In this document: positions 37,497 to 47,702 of the stretch, piece after piece
Layout of the letters: each line of letters begins with the position of its first letter
How positions within the stretch are numbered: the first letter of the stretch is position 1
IMG/VR virus record: IMGVR_UViG_3300031555_004271
Location: 1 to 64,000 of that record
Strand: one strand, 5' to 3'
Length of the DNA stretch: 64,000 nucleotides
DNA from: a virus
Lineage: Duplodnaviria; Caudoviricetes
Program-made: the position numbers and the translations under genes
The notes under the pieces: model-generated
The model's database searches: none
What the model saw: the letters and a program-made list of their open reading frames with translations, nothing else
Told to the model about the DNA's origin: nothing

Positions 37497-38984
37497 AAAA
37501 AGGATTGTTTCGATATCTACAGGAATGCCAGGTAGCTTAGTCTTACAGTGAGAACAAGTTACATTATGAATTTCATAATCAATCTTATACTTACCTAGCT
37601 TCTCCTCAATAGCATTCTCTAACTGTTCGCCATCCTTATTGGATAACTTCAGTAGGATATTTAACAATCTAGCCTTATCAGCAACCTCATAATAAGTTGC
37701 CTTACCAGTATTATATGTCTGAGCTAAGTCTAGCATGTACATATGAGAGATGAATAACATAGCACTAAATGCATCAGCATACTCTTGTAGAGTCTGCTGA
37801 TTAGAGATCTTAAGTAGAGATAGATGATCATGTAGAGAAGGAGTAGATACATCTACGATAATCTTACTATCATTTAACATAACTCTTTCATCCTTATGAA
37901 CAATAGATGCAGCAACTAATTCTTCACCAGTCTTAATAGAACCAATGATTTCATCACGCTTCTCATAAGTAGCTCTATCTCTAACTTCTACTAGAGATTG
38001 GTTGTTTACAGTTACAGAGGTAGTTTTACCACACTTACCACAGGTAATATCAAAATCATTGTTATCAATGAAAGTTTGACAATAAATACCAAATAGTAAA
38101 GTAGATAGATCATTAAAGGATGTAATCTTAAGCCAGTTATTGAAATCAGGCTTAGGGATAGACATGGTATGGATCTTGTTATAAACAGTTCTATATAACT
38201 TTTCTCTCATCTGGAAAATATTACCATCAGAGTTATTAATAGCATTCTTTTCAGCTAGAGTTAAACCAGACATATTTGCTGTATAACCAGACTGACAACA
38301 AATAACAGTAAATGTAGCAACATTATTATTGAAAACTAGATCAATATCCTGTGCTTGCTGAATTGCAGGTTTATTAGTAATAGTAATCTCATTTAGATCA
38401 ACTGTAATCTTATCCATAAATGCTAATTTAGGATTATTACCTCTAGAAGAGACTCTGTTATTAGCATAACTATGATAGATATACTTTTCTTCATTTTTAG
38501 ATTGAGTTACAGTTTCTTCATTTAATGCTTCTTCTACAGATTTATCAGAAGATTCCTCTTTAGAAAAATCAATGTCATCTGCATTAAAATCAATACCGAA
38601 ATCAATATCGTTATGGATATAATTGGCTTCTTCTTCAGGTTCTTCATCAAGATTTCCTAATACAGAACTAAGTCCTGCAGATTCATCCATAGGAATATCT
38701 GAAATATCTAAAGTAGATTTAACATGAGTTTCATTAACTTTAGCATCAATTGAAGTGACATTGGCTGTTATTACACCATTTGCTTCTTTAGTAACCTCGT
38801 CTCTTACAGCATTTAGTTTAGCTAAAATCTGTTCTTTATTACCAGATTTTAGTAGTTCGTCTAAAGACGCTTCTTCAATCTTAGTTTCTCTTGCAGAAAG
38901 TGTATTATCATCAATCAAAATATTGTCAATTTTAGAATTTTCATTTAGAGTATCATTAAACTCTACTGGAATATTTTCAATCAA
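37464..38984 (-). CDS. Baseplate hub / tail assembly chaperone (T4 gp26-like C-terminal domain)
   Basis: Two CxxC pairs (ITCGKCG, VTCSHCK), acidic N-terminal half, downstream of a gp25-like gene. Confidence 0.55.
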   Translation of the reverse strand: MIENIPVEFNDTLNENSKIDNILIDDNTLSARETKIEEASLDELLKSGNKEQILAKLNAVRDEVTKEANGVITANVTSIDAKVNETHVKSTLDISDIPMDESAGLSSVLGNLDEEPEEEANYIHNDIDFGIDFNADDIDFSKEESSDKSVEEALNEETVTQSKNEEKYIYHSYANNRVSSRGNNPKLAFMDKITVDLNEITITNKPAIQQAQDIDLVFNNNVATFTVICCQSGYTANMSGLTLAEKNAINNSDGNIFQMREKLYRTVYNKIHTMSIPKPDFNNWLKITSFNDLSTLLFGIYCQTFIDNNDFDITCGKCGKTTSVTVNNQSLVEVRDRATYEKRDEIIGSIKTGEELVAASIVHKDERVMLNDSKIIVDVSTPSLHDHLSLLKISNQQTLQEYADAFSAMLFISHMYMLDLAQTYNTGKATYYEVADKARLLNILLKLSNKDGEQLENAIEEKLGKYKIDYEIHNVTCSHCKTKLPGIPVDIETILFTRINRTSTAT

Positions 38985-39057
38985 AATCTTTTACCTCCTC
39001 TTTAAAATAACAAGAATTATTTTAGTGTTACTATATACTTTTTATTATAAAAAATTC

Positions 39058-39480
39058 TTAAATATATACTTTACTAATAATCTTACCAGTTTTACCAACT
39101 TTTTCAAAAGTTAAAACCATATTGTCTTTAGAATTAACTAGGTTTATAAGAACACCAATAGTATTCTTCTGTCCACCTTTATCGCTATCAATAACCTCTA
39201 CTAGAATATTCCCTATTTTAGAATTAGGAATATATCTATTTATTTGATTTCTAGCTCTTTCATTTATCTCACTCAATGTAATCTTATCCATAAATTCAAA
39301 TTCATAATTAGCAATTCCAATACCCATATCTGGATCATCTGGATAACTCATAGGTTGCATTATAAAAAGTCTTTGGATTAATCTTGCTAATGCTGGCAGT
39401 TCACCATATGTAGATACTTTTCCAAAATCATCAATTGATAGAAAACATTCATTTTTCATACATTCTTCAATATTAGCCAT
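39058..39480 (-). CDS. Baseplate wedge protein (T4 gp25-like)
   Basis: IQRLF..QPMSYPDDPDMGIGIANYEFE. Confidence 0.7.
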   Translation of the reverse strand: MANIEECMKNECFLSIDDFGKVSTYGELPALARLIQRLFIMQPMSYPDDPDMGIGIANYEFEFMDKITLSEINERARNQINRYIPNSKIGNILVEVIDSDKGGQKNTIGVLINLVNSKDNMVLTFEKVGKTGKIISKVYI

Positions 39481-39520
39481 TCTCTATAATCCCCTTTCTT
39501 ATTCATTTAAAGATTGTTTG

Positions 39521-39545
39521 TAATTACTTGTTAAACAAATATATA
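39521..39545. promoter_or_regulatory. Back-to-back late promoters
   Basis: minus aaca-agtaat-ta (39521-32) and plus aaca-aatata-ta (39534-45). Confidence 0.6.
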
Positions 39546-39586
39546 AACAATAAAAAACTTGCTTTATGAAAGACGGTGAAAAAATA

Positions 39587-40414
39587 ATGGAATTTTTAAA
39601 CGAAAAATTATTATCTGAAGGACTCTTTAGTAGTTCTTTACAGGAAATTTCATATACAGATGTTTTAGAACAATTCAAAAAGCTAAATAAACAATTATCT
39701 GAGGCTATTAAAAAAACTACTGCTTGTAAATCTATTAAAACATATGAAGAGATTTATCCTAACATATTTGTTATATCCAATAAGGATTATAGAATGACAA
39801 TGCAGCAGTATGTTAGTGAGACTTTCTCTATTTTTGATTTAGCTAGAGAATCTGAAATGACTGAGAATATCGTTATTAGTGAACTTAATAGTATCTTTGA
39901 TGAGATTAACTATGCATATAAAGATGTATCTATTACATTTTTAAGAACTAATGAAGGTAGTGATACTTATAGATTCTATGCTTATTTAGATTTTAAGAAA
40001 TGTCTAAAGAATATTTTAAGTTACAAGCAACCTAAAGAGCAATTATTTGCTAAAGATATGATCAAAGAGTTTAAGGATAAAAAGGATACTGTAATTACTA
40101 CTATTAAAAAGCATCCTTTAGGAAAATCTTTACGATTTGATAAATCCTATGAATCTGAAATTTATAAATACCAAGCTACTTCTGGTAGTGGTATTTGCTA
40201 CTGTTTACAGAGTGATACTAATGGCTTTATAGATAAAGATTTTAGTAACTTTACACCTAAACTAAGTTCATGGTCAGTTAGTATGAATCTGGCATATGAG
40301 TTAAGTGAAACTATTTTAAAGGATACTCATATGACCTTAACTAGATTCCCTAATAGAAATGGTAGTTCTAGTTTATGGCTAATTAGTAATCCAAATATAA
40401 AAATAACATATTAA
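39587..40414 (+). CDS. Probable internal head protein (LxE N-terminal motif)
   Basis: MEFLNEKLLSEGLF; late promoter; start moved to the internal Met. Confidence 0.6.
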   Translation: MEFLNEKLLSEGLFSSSLQEISYTDVLEQFKKLNKQLSEAIKKTTACKSIKTYEEIYPNIFVISNKDYRMTMQQYVSETFSIFDLARESEMTENIVISELNSIFDEINYAYKDVSITFLRTNEGSDTYRFYAYLDFKKCLKNILSYKQPKEQLFAKDMIKEFKDKKDTVITTIKKHPLGKSLRFDKSYESEIYKYQATSGSGICYCLQSDTNGFIDKDFSNFTPKLSSWSVSMNLAYELSETILKDTHMTLTRFPNRNGSSSLWLISNPNIKITY

Positions 40415-40430
40415 AAGGAGTTGAAATAAT

Positions 40431-41390
40431 ATGGCTTTTAAAATAGCAATAAGTGCTGGTCATGGTCGATATACTGCTGGTAAACGCTGTATGAAAGCTA
40501 TTGACCCTAATGAAACAAGAGAATGGGTATTAAACTCTAGAATTGCTGAAAAAGTAGAAAAAATTTTAAAAGAATATTCTGATTGTGAAGTCCTACGTGT
40601 TGATGATAGAGATGGTAGTACTGACATTAGATTAATTGATCGTGCAAATGCATCTAATAATTTTGACGCAGATTTTTATTTAGCTATCCATCATAATGCT
40701 GGTATTAAAGGCAATTCTGGTGGTGGTATTATGGTATTCTCATATAAGTATGGTTCTACAGAATCTTTTGAATGGCAAAAAGAGCTATATAATGCGCTAA
40801 TTAAGGAAACTGGTTTAAAAGGTGACAGAAGTAATCCAATAACTAAATCTAGTTTATATGAATGCCGTGTACCCAAAGCACCTGCAATTTTATTAGAATT
40901 AGGTTTTATGGATAGCACTACTGATACACCTATTATCTTAACTGAAAAGTATGCAGATCAATGTGCAAAAGCTATTACTGATGTAATTATTAAAAGAGAA
41001 AAATTAACTAAAAAGATAGTTAGTAAACCTGTTGTATCTGAACCTAAAGAAGAAATTATTATCGATAAAATAGATGAGTATTCTTTAACTGATTTTGTTA
41101 AAGACGTTCAGAAAGCATGCGGTGCTAAAGTTGATGGTATTGCTGGTTCTGAAACTCTATCTAAAACTATCACTATTTCTGCAACGAAAAACAATAAACA
41201 CGCAGTAGTTAAGGCTATTCAAAAGAGATTAACTACTCTAGGTTATACTCAAGTAGGTACTATTGATGGCGTTGCTGGTGCTAAATTTACTACAGCAGTT
41301 AAAGCTTTCCAAAAAGATAATAATTGCACTAAAGATGGTGAAATTACAGCCAAAATGACTACTTGGAAAAAATTATTAGGTATGAAGTAA
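40431..41390 (+). CDS. N-acetylmuramoyl-L-alanine amidase (Amidase_3) with peptidoglycan-binding domains, endolysin
   Basis: ISAGHG, NE..E, LAIHHNA, LLELGFMD; C-terminal IDGVAGAKFTTAVKAFQKDN..KDG. Confidence 0.92.
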   Translation: MAFKIAISAGHGRYTAGKRCMKAIDPNETREWVLNSRIAEKVEKILKEYSDCEVLRVDDRDGSTDIRLIDRANASNNFDADFYLAIHHNAGIKGNSGGGIMVFSYKYGSTESFEWQKELYNALIKETGLKGDRSNPITKSSLYECRVPKAPAILLELGFMDSTTDTPIILTEKYADQCAKAITDVIIKREKLTKKIVSKPVVSEPKEEIIIDKIDEYSLTDFVKDVQKACGAKVDGIAGSETLSKTITISATKNNKHAVVKAIQKRLTTLGYTQVGTIDGVAGAKFTTAVKAFQKDNNCTKDGEITAKMTTWKKLLGMK

Positions 41391-41399
41391 ATTATAACA

Positions 41400-41429
41400 A
41401 ATGAGGATATCTGAAAGGATATCCTCATT
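41400..41429 (+). terminator. Intrinsic terminator
   Basis: aatgaggatatc-tgaaag-gatatcctcatt. Confidence 0.75.
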
Positions 41430-41461
41430 TAATTTTTCCCTAACAATTTTAATACATCTAT

Positions 41462-41473
41462 AACAAACTATTA
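41462..41473 (+). promoter_or_regulatory. Putative late promoter AACA-N6-TA
   Basis: aaca-aactat-ta. Confidence 0.6.
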
Positions 41474-41513
41474 ATAAGTCATTTATTCCAATAGAAGTAG
41501 GTGAAATTGTATA

Positions 41514-42089
41514 ATGAAACTAAATGAGAATCAAATTGAAATTCAATCAAAAACTATGTTTTTGAAAGATATAGCTTCAAATTTTTATAAAGAACTACCA
41601 TTTATCGATAAGTTCAATGCTACAGAAATGAATAAGATGAACTATGATTTACGTTTTGTCACTTTCAAAAAAATTGAAAGAATGATGAAAGTATCACAGT
41701 TCTACAATAGTCTATATTCAGTAAGTTTGCCTAACGAAACTAAACTCCATGAAGAAAAACTTAAACATATGAGATGGTTTGTCGATAAGTACAAAGATAC
41801 ACTAAACTATACTGATAGAATCAAATTTACATTTACACTTATAGATCCTGATTGTAACTATTCAGATGGCGTATATGAACAGTATAGTCAACTAAATTTC
41901 CAAAAGATTCTAGAAGATGGTAGAAAGATTATTAGATCCATTGCAGGAAACTTTAAGATTCTACATCAACACAATAACAGAACTATGGAAAAGTTTGAAA
42001 TATATGATGCTCCTAATAGTAATTTCGTATTTCGTTTATGTTACTATCCAAATAAGAAAGCTTGGATAGAAATCGAGAGTAAGGAGTGA
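41514..42089 (+). CDS. Hypothetical late protein (MKLNE start)
   Basis: aggtga RBS, late promoter. Confidence 0.75.
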   Translation: MKLNENQIEIQSKTMFLKDIASNFYKELPFIDKFNATEMNKMNYDLRFVTFKKIERMMKVSQFYNSLYSVSLPNETKLHEEKLKHMRWFVDKYKDTLNYTDRIKFTFTLIDPDCNYSDGVYEQYSQLNFQKILEDGRKIIRSIAGNFKILHQHNNRTMEKFEIYDAPNSNFVFRLCYYPNKKAWIEIESKE

Positions 42090-42096
42090 TTCATAT

Positions 42097-42864
42097 ATGG
42101 CTAGAACTATTTTTAAATGTCCATATTGTGATAATAGATATATAGCTAATGATAAGAAGGATTATCCAAAAGCTAAGTCTGCACTCTATACACATATGGA
42201 AACAACACATAAAGACAAATTAGGTGATTTATCACCTGCACAAGCTTACTTCAACTTTAAGTATAAAAAAACTCATGGTTCTTGTGTAATGTGTCACAAA
42301 GAGACTAAATGGAATGAATCTGTCGAACGATATGAACGATTCTGTTCTGAAAAATGTAAAGAAGCTTATCGTGAAATGTTTAAGCAGAGAATGATGAAGA
42401 AGTATGGTAAAGAACATTTGTTAGATGATCCTTCACAACAAAAAAAGATGCTCGAAAACCGTAGCATTTCTGGTAAGTATAAATGGAGTGATGGTAAATC
42501 AGAAACCAAGTATACTGGTAGTTATGAGAAAGAATTCTTAGAGTTCTTAGATGTGGTTATGAATATGTCTCCTACTGATGTATTTTCTCCAGCACCACAG
42601 ATTTTCCATTATGAATATGAAGGTAAAGACCATTTCTATATACCTGATTTCTATATTGCAACTTTAAATCTAATTGTTGAGATTAAAGATGGAGGTTCAA
42701 ATCCTAATAACCATCAGAAAATTCAACAAGTTGATAAAGCTAAAGAAAAGTTAAAAGATACTGTAATGAAAAAGCAAAAAGAACACAATTACATTAAAGT
42801 GATTGATAAAGATTACAGTATTTTCTTAAACTATCTGTTAGAACTAAAGTATAAAGAAAATTAA
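42097..42864 (+). CDS. Zn-finger plus TnsA-like PD-(D/E)xK nuclease (T4 gp4 head-completion-like)
   Basis: CPYC...H...H; CVMC..CSEKC; YTGSYEKEFL, FYIPDFYI, IVEIKDG. Confidence 0.7.
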   Translation: MARTIFKCPYCDNRYIANDKKDYPKAKSALYTHMETTHKDKLGDLSPAQAYFNFKYKKTHGSCVMCHKETKWNESVERYERFCSEKCKEAYREMFKQRMMKKYGKEHLLDDPSQQKKMLENRSISGKYKWSDGKSETKYTGSYEKEFLEFLDVVMNMSPTDVFSPAPQIFHYEYEGKDHFYIPDFYIATLNLIVEIKDGGSNPNNHQKIQQVDKAKEKLKDTVMKKQKEHNYIKVIDKDYSIFLNYLLELKYKEN

Positions 42865-42881
42865 AAGAGGTGAAATTAAAA

Positions 42882-43490
42882 ATGATCCTTAATGAAAAAC
42901 AAATAGAAATGTATAATGATTGTATTTTCTTAAATGAAGGTTTATTTAAATCTAGAGAAGAAAGACGACAGGAAAAAGAAAGAAAGCGTCAAGAAAAGGA
43001 AAGATTAAATAAATGTAAACAGGAAGCTTATAATCAAGCAAAGAATAATGCATTGAAAATGTGTCCTTCTCTACAATCAACTTGTAAGACAGCTATAACT
43101 GGTTTCAATAAACCAAAAATGCCATACCTGAAGATTGATACAGATATTAAAAAAATTAGTCAATGGATGTATCGTGGAGATAGTCCAAGTTATGAACATG
43201 GTGAGTATACGTTATATTTTTTAATACTAACTGTACCACACCCATATGCAGATTCAATTAAAGGATATGAAAAAGATGAAGATGGTGAAAATATCGGTTA
43301 TGCAAATAATTTAAAAAATTATTTAGCCTATATCCATAATTCATTAGAAAAACGAATAGGTAATAAAAATTTTAAAATAGATGTTTTTAGAGAACATGAA
43401 CATGGTGAAAAAGAATTTTATATATATGGAATTGATTTTAGAGAAGAATACAATAAAATCTTTGAATCATTAAAGAATAAGAATAATTAA
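42882..43490 (+). CDS. Probable internal head protein (LNE motifs)
   Basis: MILNEKQIE...FLNEGLF. Confidence 0.6.
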   Translation: MILNEKQIEMYNDCIFLNEGLFKSREERRQEKERKRQEKERLNKCKQEAYNQAKNNALKMCPSLQSTCKTAITGFNKPKMPYLKIDTDIKKISQWMYRGDSPSYEHGEYTLYFLILTVPHPYADSIKGYEKDEDGENIGYANNLKNYLAYIHNSLEKRIGNKNFKIDVFREHEHGEKEFYIYGIDFREEYNKIFESLKNKNN

Positions 43491-43510
43491 AGTACAATGA
43501 AAATAAAAAA

Positions 43511-43546
43511 AAAAGAGATATGGTTACAAAAACCATATCTCTTTTT
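43511..43546. terminator. Bidirectional terminator
   Basis: aaaagagatatggtt-acaaa-aaccatatctctttt. Confidence 0.85.
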
Positions 43547-43549
43547 TAC

Positions 43550-44197
43550 TTAGATTACTTCACCAGGTTTAGCACAAGATGCTAACATATCATAGATTCT
43601 ATCATAGGTTTCCTTAGAAATTTTACCCATAATAGAATACATATTGTAGCAGATACTATTTAGATTTCTTAGGTCAATATTTGCATCATATTCAATGTAA
43701 CCATTCATGAAAAGAATATGCATCATGAACTTATAGTTTTCGAAATCAATCTTTCCATTTCTGACATTTCTAGTAAATAGACCTACTAAGAATTGAGTAT
43801 CATCATCCAATGTTTGCATTTTACTAGTTACATTAGAATTGATATATTCTACAATTTGTTTAGTTTTATATTCTGTACTATTCAGACTACTAAGTTCATC
43901 ATATCTCTGTTTAAAAGCTTCTGTATTAAGCTTTTCCTGAATTGCATTGAAAGGAATATGATACCAATTATCGATAAGAACTTTATCAACTTTAGTTCCA
44001 TCAGGTCTGATAACACAGTTGAATTCTGCTACATACTTACCTACAGAAACTTCATCTTTACCCTCAATAGTAAACAGTACAGAATCACCATTTTCTACAG
44101 GAATCGTCTTGTCAAAACATTCTCCTGTAATAGTAATTCCATTGTTTTCTTCTTCAGGATTCATCATATCCTTTTCTAAATCTTGAGCGTGAGGCAT
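43550..44197 (-). CDS. Hypothetical protein, 215 aa
   Basis: aaggag RBS. Confidence 0.8.
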   Translation of the reverse strand: MPHAQDLEKDMMNPEEENNGITITGECFDKTIPVENGDSVLFTIEGKDEVSVGKYVAEFNCVIRPDGTKVDKVLIDNWYHIPFNAIQEKLNTEAFKQRYDELSSLNSTEYKTKQIVEYINSNVTSKMQTLDDDTQFLVGLFTRNVRNGKIDFENYKFMMHILFMNGYIEYDANIDLRNLNSICYNMYSIMGKISKETYDRIYDMLASCAKPGEVI

Positions 44198-44209
44198 CTT
44201 TATTCTCCT

Positions 44210-45784
44210 TTACTTTTGATTTAAAACATTGTTGATTCTTTCAAATATAGCTTCACTGACTTTTGTATTAAAGTCACCATTTAGCATTTCTGTAAAGATT
44301 TCTTTCTTCATAGACAGAATATCAGAATCTTCTATGATAGAATTAATTCTATCTAGAATTTTTACATTTAGATTCTTTAATTCGCCTTTTATCATACTAG
44401 TAAGGATTTCATTCTTAACTAATTTCAAATCCTCATCAGCTTTATGTCTTTCAGAACCAAGCCATCTACACATTTCAAAATTAGGATTACCAGATTTACA
44501 AACTGCAATACAGAAATTGTTACTTATAAACCAATCATTATAATTGATTTTTTTAATTTCCATTAATTGATCCTTAAAATACTTGAGCATTTCTTTAATA
44601 GAAAAATATTTATCTCTATCATGTAATAAGAAATCTACAAGATTTTCATCTTCAATATACTTACTAAACTTGACTACAAATTCCTTAAATCTCTTTTTAT
44701 CATTTCTACTAAAGTCTATAAACACATCTCTAGTAAATTTACTCCAATCGATTTGTCTACAATAAGTTTCATAGAAATCATTAGAATATCTACCGTAAAG
44801 AACATTAGGATTTATTGAGAAACTATCCCAGAGTATGACTTCTGGATTATGAGAATTTTTTTCTATGAATTTTTCAGTAAAATTTACATTTTGATTGATG
44901 TATATCCTATATCTTTTGAACATACTCTTTTGTTTGAATCTTAGAATAAGATTCTCAGTTATATTTTGAGTTCTAAAGATAGTAGTAAGAATATTATCAA
45001 ATACATAATCTCTTCGATTTTTCTCTAAATCTTTACATTTCTTTACTGTATTGAGAATTGTAAACAAATGATCCTCATCGAAATCATGTGAATCTAAAAG
45101 AGTTTCTAATAAATGACTAGTAGACAAACTAAACTTGTAGATATCACTAAATTCTTTACCTGAACTTAAACTTTCAATCATAAACTGTAAACATTCTTTA
45201 TCATAGGTCTGTTTCTTATTACCATAGAAGGTAGATTCATCATAAAAGTACTTAAAGTACTTCTTTACATGCTTAGTCTCTAATGGAATATTTTTACTAA
45301 GAATAGTCTTCCAATTTAGTTTGTCAGCATATTTCTCAATAATCTCATCGTGTTTCTCAAAATCCAATCTATTAGAAAGTTCACTCGGATACAGTTCAGC
45401 AACTTTGAAAATATCTACAAAAGACATAGTTATAGAATTGGTATCAATGATTCTTAAGAGGAATCTAAAATCGATAATAGGAAGATTTAAAATAAGATCC
45501 TTATAGGAGGTTCTTCTACAATCTCCATAACAGTCATAGTATAGGTATGTACCACTTAAAGCCTCATCTTCACTACGACTACAATTAGATTTAACCCTTT
45601 CACCAGTTTCTTCATCGATATGATAATAAATACATAATAGATCATGTACATTTGTCAGATCTACTAAACCTTTATAATAATCGTTTTTAATCATTGCATA
45701 GAACTTTCTTTCATCGTTGTCTTCAAATGTGAAGGTGTAAAAACCATCATCATCGTATAGTCTTCTTTTACGCATTTTCATCAC
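44210..45784 (-). CDS. Tryptophan-repeat-like helical protein, 524 aa
   Basis: EKYADKLNWKTI, ILWD, QIDWSKF repeats as in 12483..14408. Confidence 0.65.
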   Translation of the reverse strand: MMKMRKRRLYDDDGFYTFTFEDNDERKFYAMIKNDYYKGLVDLTNVHDLLCIYYHIDEETGERVKSNCSRSEDEALSGTYLYYDCYGDCRRTSYKDLILNLPIIDFRFLLRIIDTNSITMSFVDIFKVAELYPSELSNRLDFEKHDEIIEKYADKLNWKTILSKNIPLETKHVKKYFKYFYDESTFYGNKKQTYDKECLQFMIESLSSGKEFSDIYKFSLSTSHLLETLLDSHDFDEDHLFTILNTVKKCKDLEKNRRDYVFDNILTTIFRTQNITENLILRFKQKSMFKRYRIYINQNVNFTEKFIEKNSHNPEVILWDSFSINPNVLYGRYSNDFYETYCRQIDWSKFTRDVFIDFSRNDKKRFKEFVVKFSKYIEDENLVDFLLHDRDKYFSIKEMLKYFKDQLMEIKKINYNDWFISNNFCIAVCKSGNPNFEMCRWLGSERHKADEDLKLVKNEILTSMIKGELKNLNVKILDRINSIIEDSDILSMKKEIFTEMLNGDFNTKVSEAIFERINNVLNQK

Positions 45785-45983
45785 CTTTATGTTTTAGATT
45801 TCTTTCAACTTCGTTTAAATAGATTTGATCGATACTGACAAATTCTTGCCTAGTATCTTTTTTTATTCTATATGTTATGTTTGACTTAGCTTTTTGAATA
45901 GATGGTGCAGTAGTGTATGCTTTATAGTTTCCGATAAAACCACTGTTACTATATACGGGTCCGTCATACAAGTATGTTTTCAT
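45768..45983 (-). CDS. Hypothetical early protein
   Basis: Start moved to MKTYLY behind aaaaggag. Confidence 0.7.
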   Translation of the reverse strand: MKTYLYDGPVYSNSGFIGNYKAYTTAPSIQKAKSNITYRIKKDTRQEFVSIDQIYLNEVERNLKHKGDENA

Positions 45984-46025
45984 GTTGTCATTCTCCTTTT
46001 TAGTATTTATCATTGGTTTCTACAA

Positions 46026-46040
46026 TTAGTATATATATTT
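46026..46040 (-). promoter_or_regulatory. Putative early promoter
   Basis: minus aaatatatatactaa, identical to 20433-20447. Confidence 0.6.
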
Positions 46041-46080
46041 AAAAACCAATTAGGTACTTTTTATAGAAAAAACATGGAAA

Positions 46081-46092
46081 AACAACCTTTTA
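46081..46092 (+). promoter_or_regulatory. Putative late promoter AACA-N6-TA
   Basis: aaca-accttt-ta. Confidence 0.55.
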
Positions 46093-46116
46093 ATTTCCAT
46101 TAAAGAAGGTGTATTT

Positions 46117-46596
46117 ATGAGTTTCATAGACAAACTAGCCATTTTTATATCTAGAACTGCCAAAGTAGCCAATATAGTTTCAAAAGGACTTTCCATCTCA
46201 GATGAAGTTATAAAAGAATTCAGTAAAAGTGGTACTGATCCTAGATTATCCAGACCTGTTAGAGAAATAATGGAAGTATTAGATACATACAATATCCGTT
46301 ATGAAACTGAAAAGAAGTTTGATGATTGTAGAAACATCCGTTGTTTACCATTTGATTTTTGCATTTATACTAACAACAGATTTTTCTTAATAGAGTATGA
46401 TGGATTGCAACACTATGAACCTTGTTTTGGATTAAATGAAGAACAGAAATTAGAGAACTTTAATCGTACTAAATACAATGATAGTATAAAAGAACAGTAT
46501 TGTCGGGATCATAACATTACACTTCATAGAATTAGGTATGATGAAGATCATGTAACAAAAATTACAGCTATTCTAAGAAGACATAGAATGATATAG
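46117..46596 (+). CDS. Vsr/DUF559-like PD-(D/E)xK endonuclease
   Basis: EKKFDDC...LPFDF, IEYDGLQHY, D..K..YC..HNI.L.RI.Y. Confidence 0.8.
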   Translation: MSFIDKLAIFISRTAKVANIVSKGLSISDEVIKEFSKSGTDPRLSRPVREIMEVLDTYNIRYETEKKFDDCRNIRCLPFDFCIYTNNRFFLIEYDGLQHYEPCFGLNEEQKLENFNRTKYNDSIKEQYCRDHNITLHRIRYDEDHVTKITAILRRHRMI

Positions 46597-46630
46597 GATT
46601 AAGACTTTTAAAGTCTTAATCCTATTATTT
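46593..46630. terminator. Bidirectional terminator
   Basis: ataggattaagact-tttaa-agtcttaatcctat. Confidence 0.8.
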
Positions 46631-47425
46631 TTATTCATCATCTTCAAATACTACTGTTAAGTAAATAGTACCACTTTCGCCAATAGCATATGTTTCATCT
46701 TCAATATCTGTAGTATCTACAATTTTTTCAATAAAACCTAATTCTTCAACTAGATCAAATGTGTCCTTATTAATCTTATAGAACATTAGAGTATCTAATT
46801 CAACTACAGTTATAGAATTATCAATTTCCTCTTCTTGAGTCTCATCTAGATTAGTTATAATAGTTTCTTCATCATCTATAGGAGTATATGATTGATCGTC
46901 TTCATTGTAAACAACAGCAATCGTATCATTCTCAATACTAGTTGTGCTTTCTACAATACTATCGATATTCAAATCAGTTAGTTCATCATCTAACATTTGA
47001 TCGATACTACTCTCATCGTATATAACAGCTTCTTTAGAAAGTTGATGTTTATCAGGTATATATTGGAATTCATTAGCAATCTTCTTATATAGTTCAGCAG
47101 TGAAAGAATCCAAACCTTCAGAAGATTCTTTAGAAGCATTTTTCTCCTTAAATGCAAAGTCTGTAATGTTTTTCTTCATATCAGCTTTTTGCTTTATATA
47201 ATTCAGTTTTGCAGTTTTAAGGGATATCAAGTTACTAGTTTGATCTTTAACGAATGATAGACTTCCTCTAGCTTGTGATCCTTTTATAGCATCAAAATGT
47301 CCTTTTAATTCACTGTATAAACTATCTAACTCATCGATCTCTTTATTGATCATTTCCATTTCATCATCAAAAAGACTCTTATCATACATTGATTCTTGTT
47401 TCTTTTCATTAGTCACTTCTATCAA
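46631..47425 (-). CDS. Hypothetical late protein, coiled-coil plus acidic
   Basis: gaaaggag RBS, late promoter at 47452. Confidence 0.8.
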   Translation of the reverse strand: MIEVTNEKKQESMYDKSLFDDEMEMINKEIDELDSLYSELKGHFDAIKGSQARGSLSFVKDQTSNLISLKTAKLNYIKQKADMKKNITDFAFKEKNASKESSEGLDSFTAELYKKIANEFQYIPDKHQLSKEAVIYDESSIDQMLDDELTDLNIDSIVESTTSIENDTIAVVYNEDDQSYTPIDDEETIITNLDETQEEEIDNSITVVELDTLMFYKINKDTFDLVEELGFIEKIVDTTDIEDETYAIGESGTIYLTVVFEDDE

Positions 47426-47451
47426 CTCCTTTCAAAAAAAGGTAAAAATTT

Positions 47452-47463
47452 TATAGATTTGTT
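47452..47463 (-). promoter_or_regulatory. Putative late promoter AACA-N6-TA
   Basis: minus aaca-aatcta-ta. Confidence 0.55.
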
Positions 47464-47490
47464 ATTCTCTATACTTTTCTGTATAAAGAA

Positions 47491-47522
47491 ATAAGAGAAG
47501 AGGGGTTACCTCTTCTCTTATT
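47491..47522 (-). terminator. Intrinsic terminator
   Basis: ataagagaagagg...cctcttctcttat. Confidence 0.8.
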
Positions 47523-47532
47523 ATAATTTTTA

Positions 47533-47616
47533 TCACAAAGGTCTCTCACTTACATAATTTACATCTAAAATATCTTGAGTACGGTTTGTTTTCATATATA
47601 GGGATGGTGTATACAT
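47533..47616 (-). CDS. 27-aa peptide MYTPSLYMKTNRTQDILDVNYVSERPL
   Basis: aaaggag RBS 9 nt upstream, early promoter and terminator flanking; below the track cutoff. Confidence 0.55.
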   Translation of the reverse strand: MYTPSLYMKTNRTQDILDVNYVSERPL

Positions 47617-47702
47617 TTTAAAACACTCCTTTGTAAACTAATGTTCCTATAGAGTTAAAGAACTAGTTTACGAATTTTGAAAGGTTAACTCTTAGTAACT
47701 CT

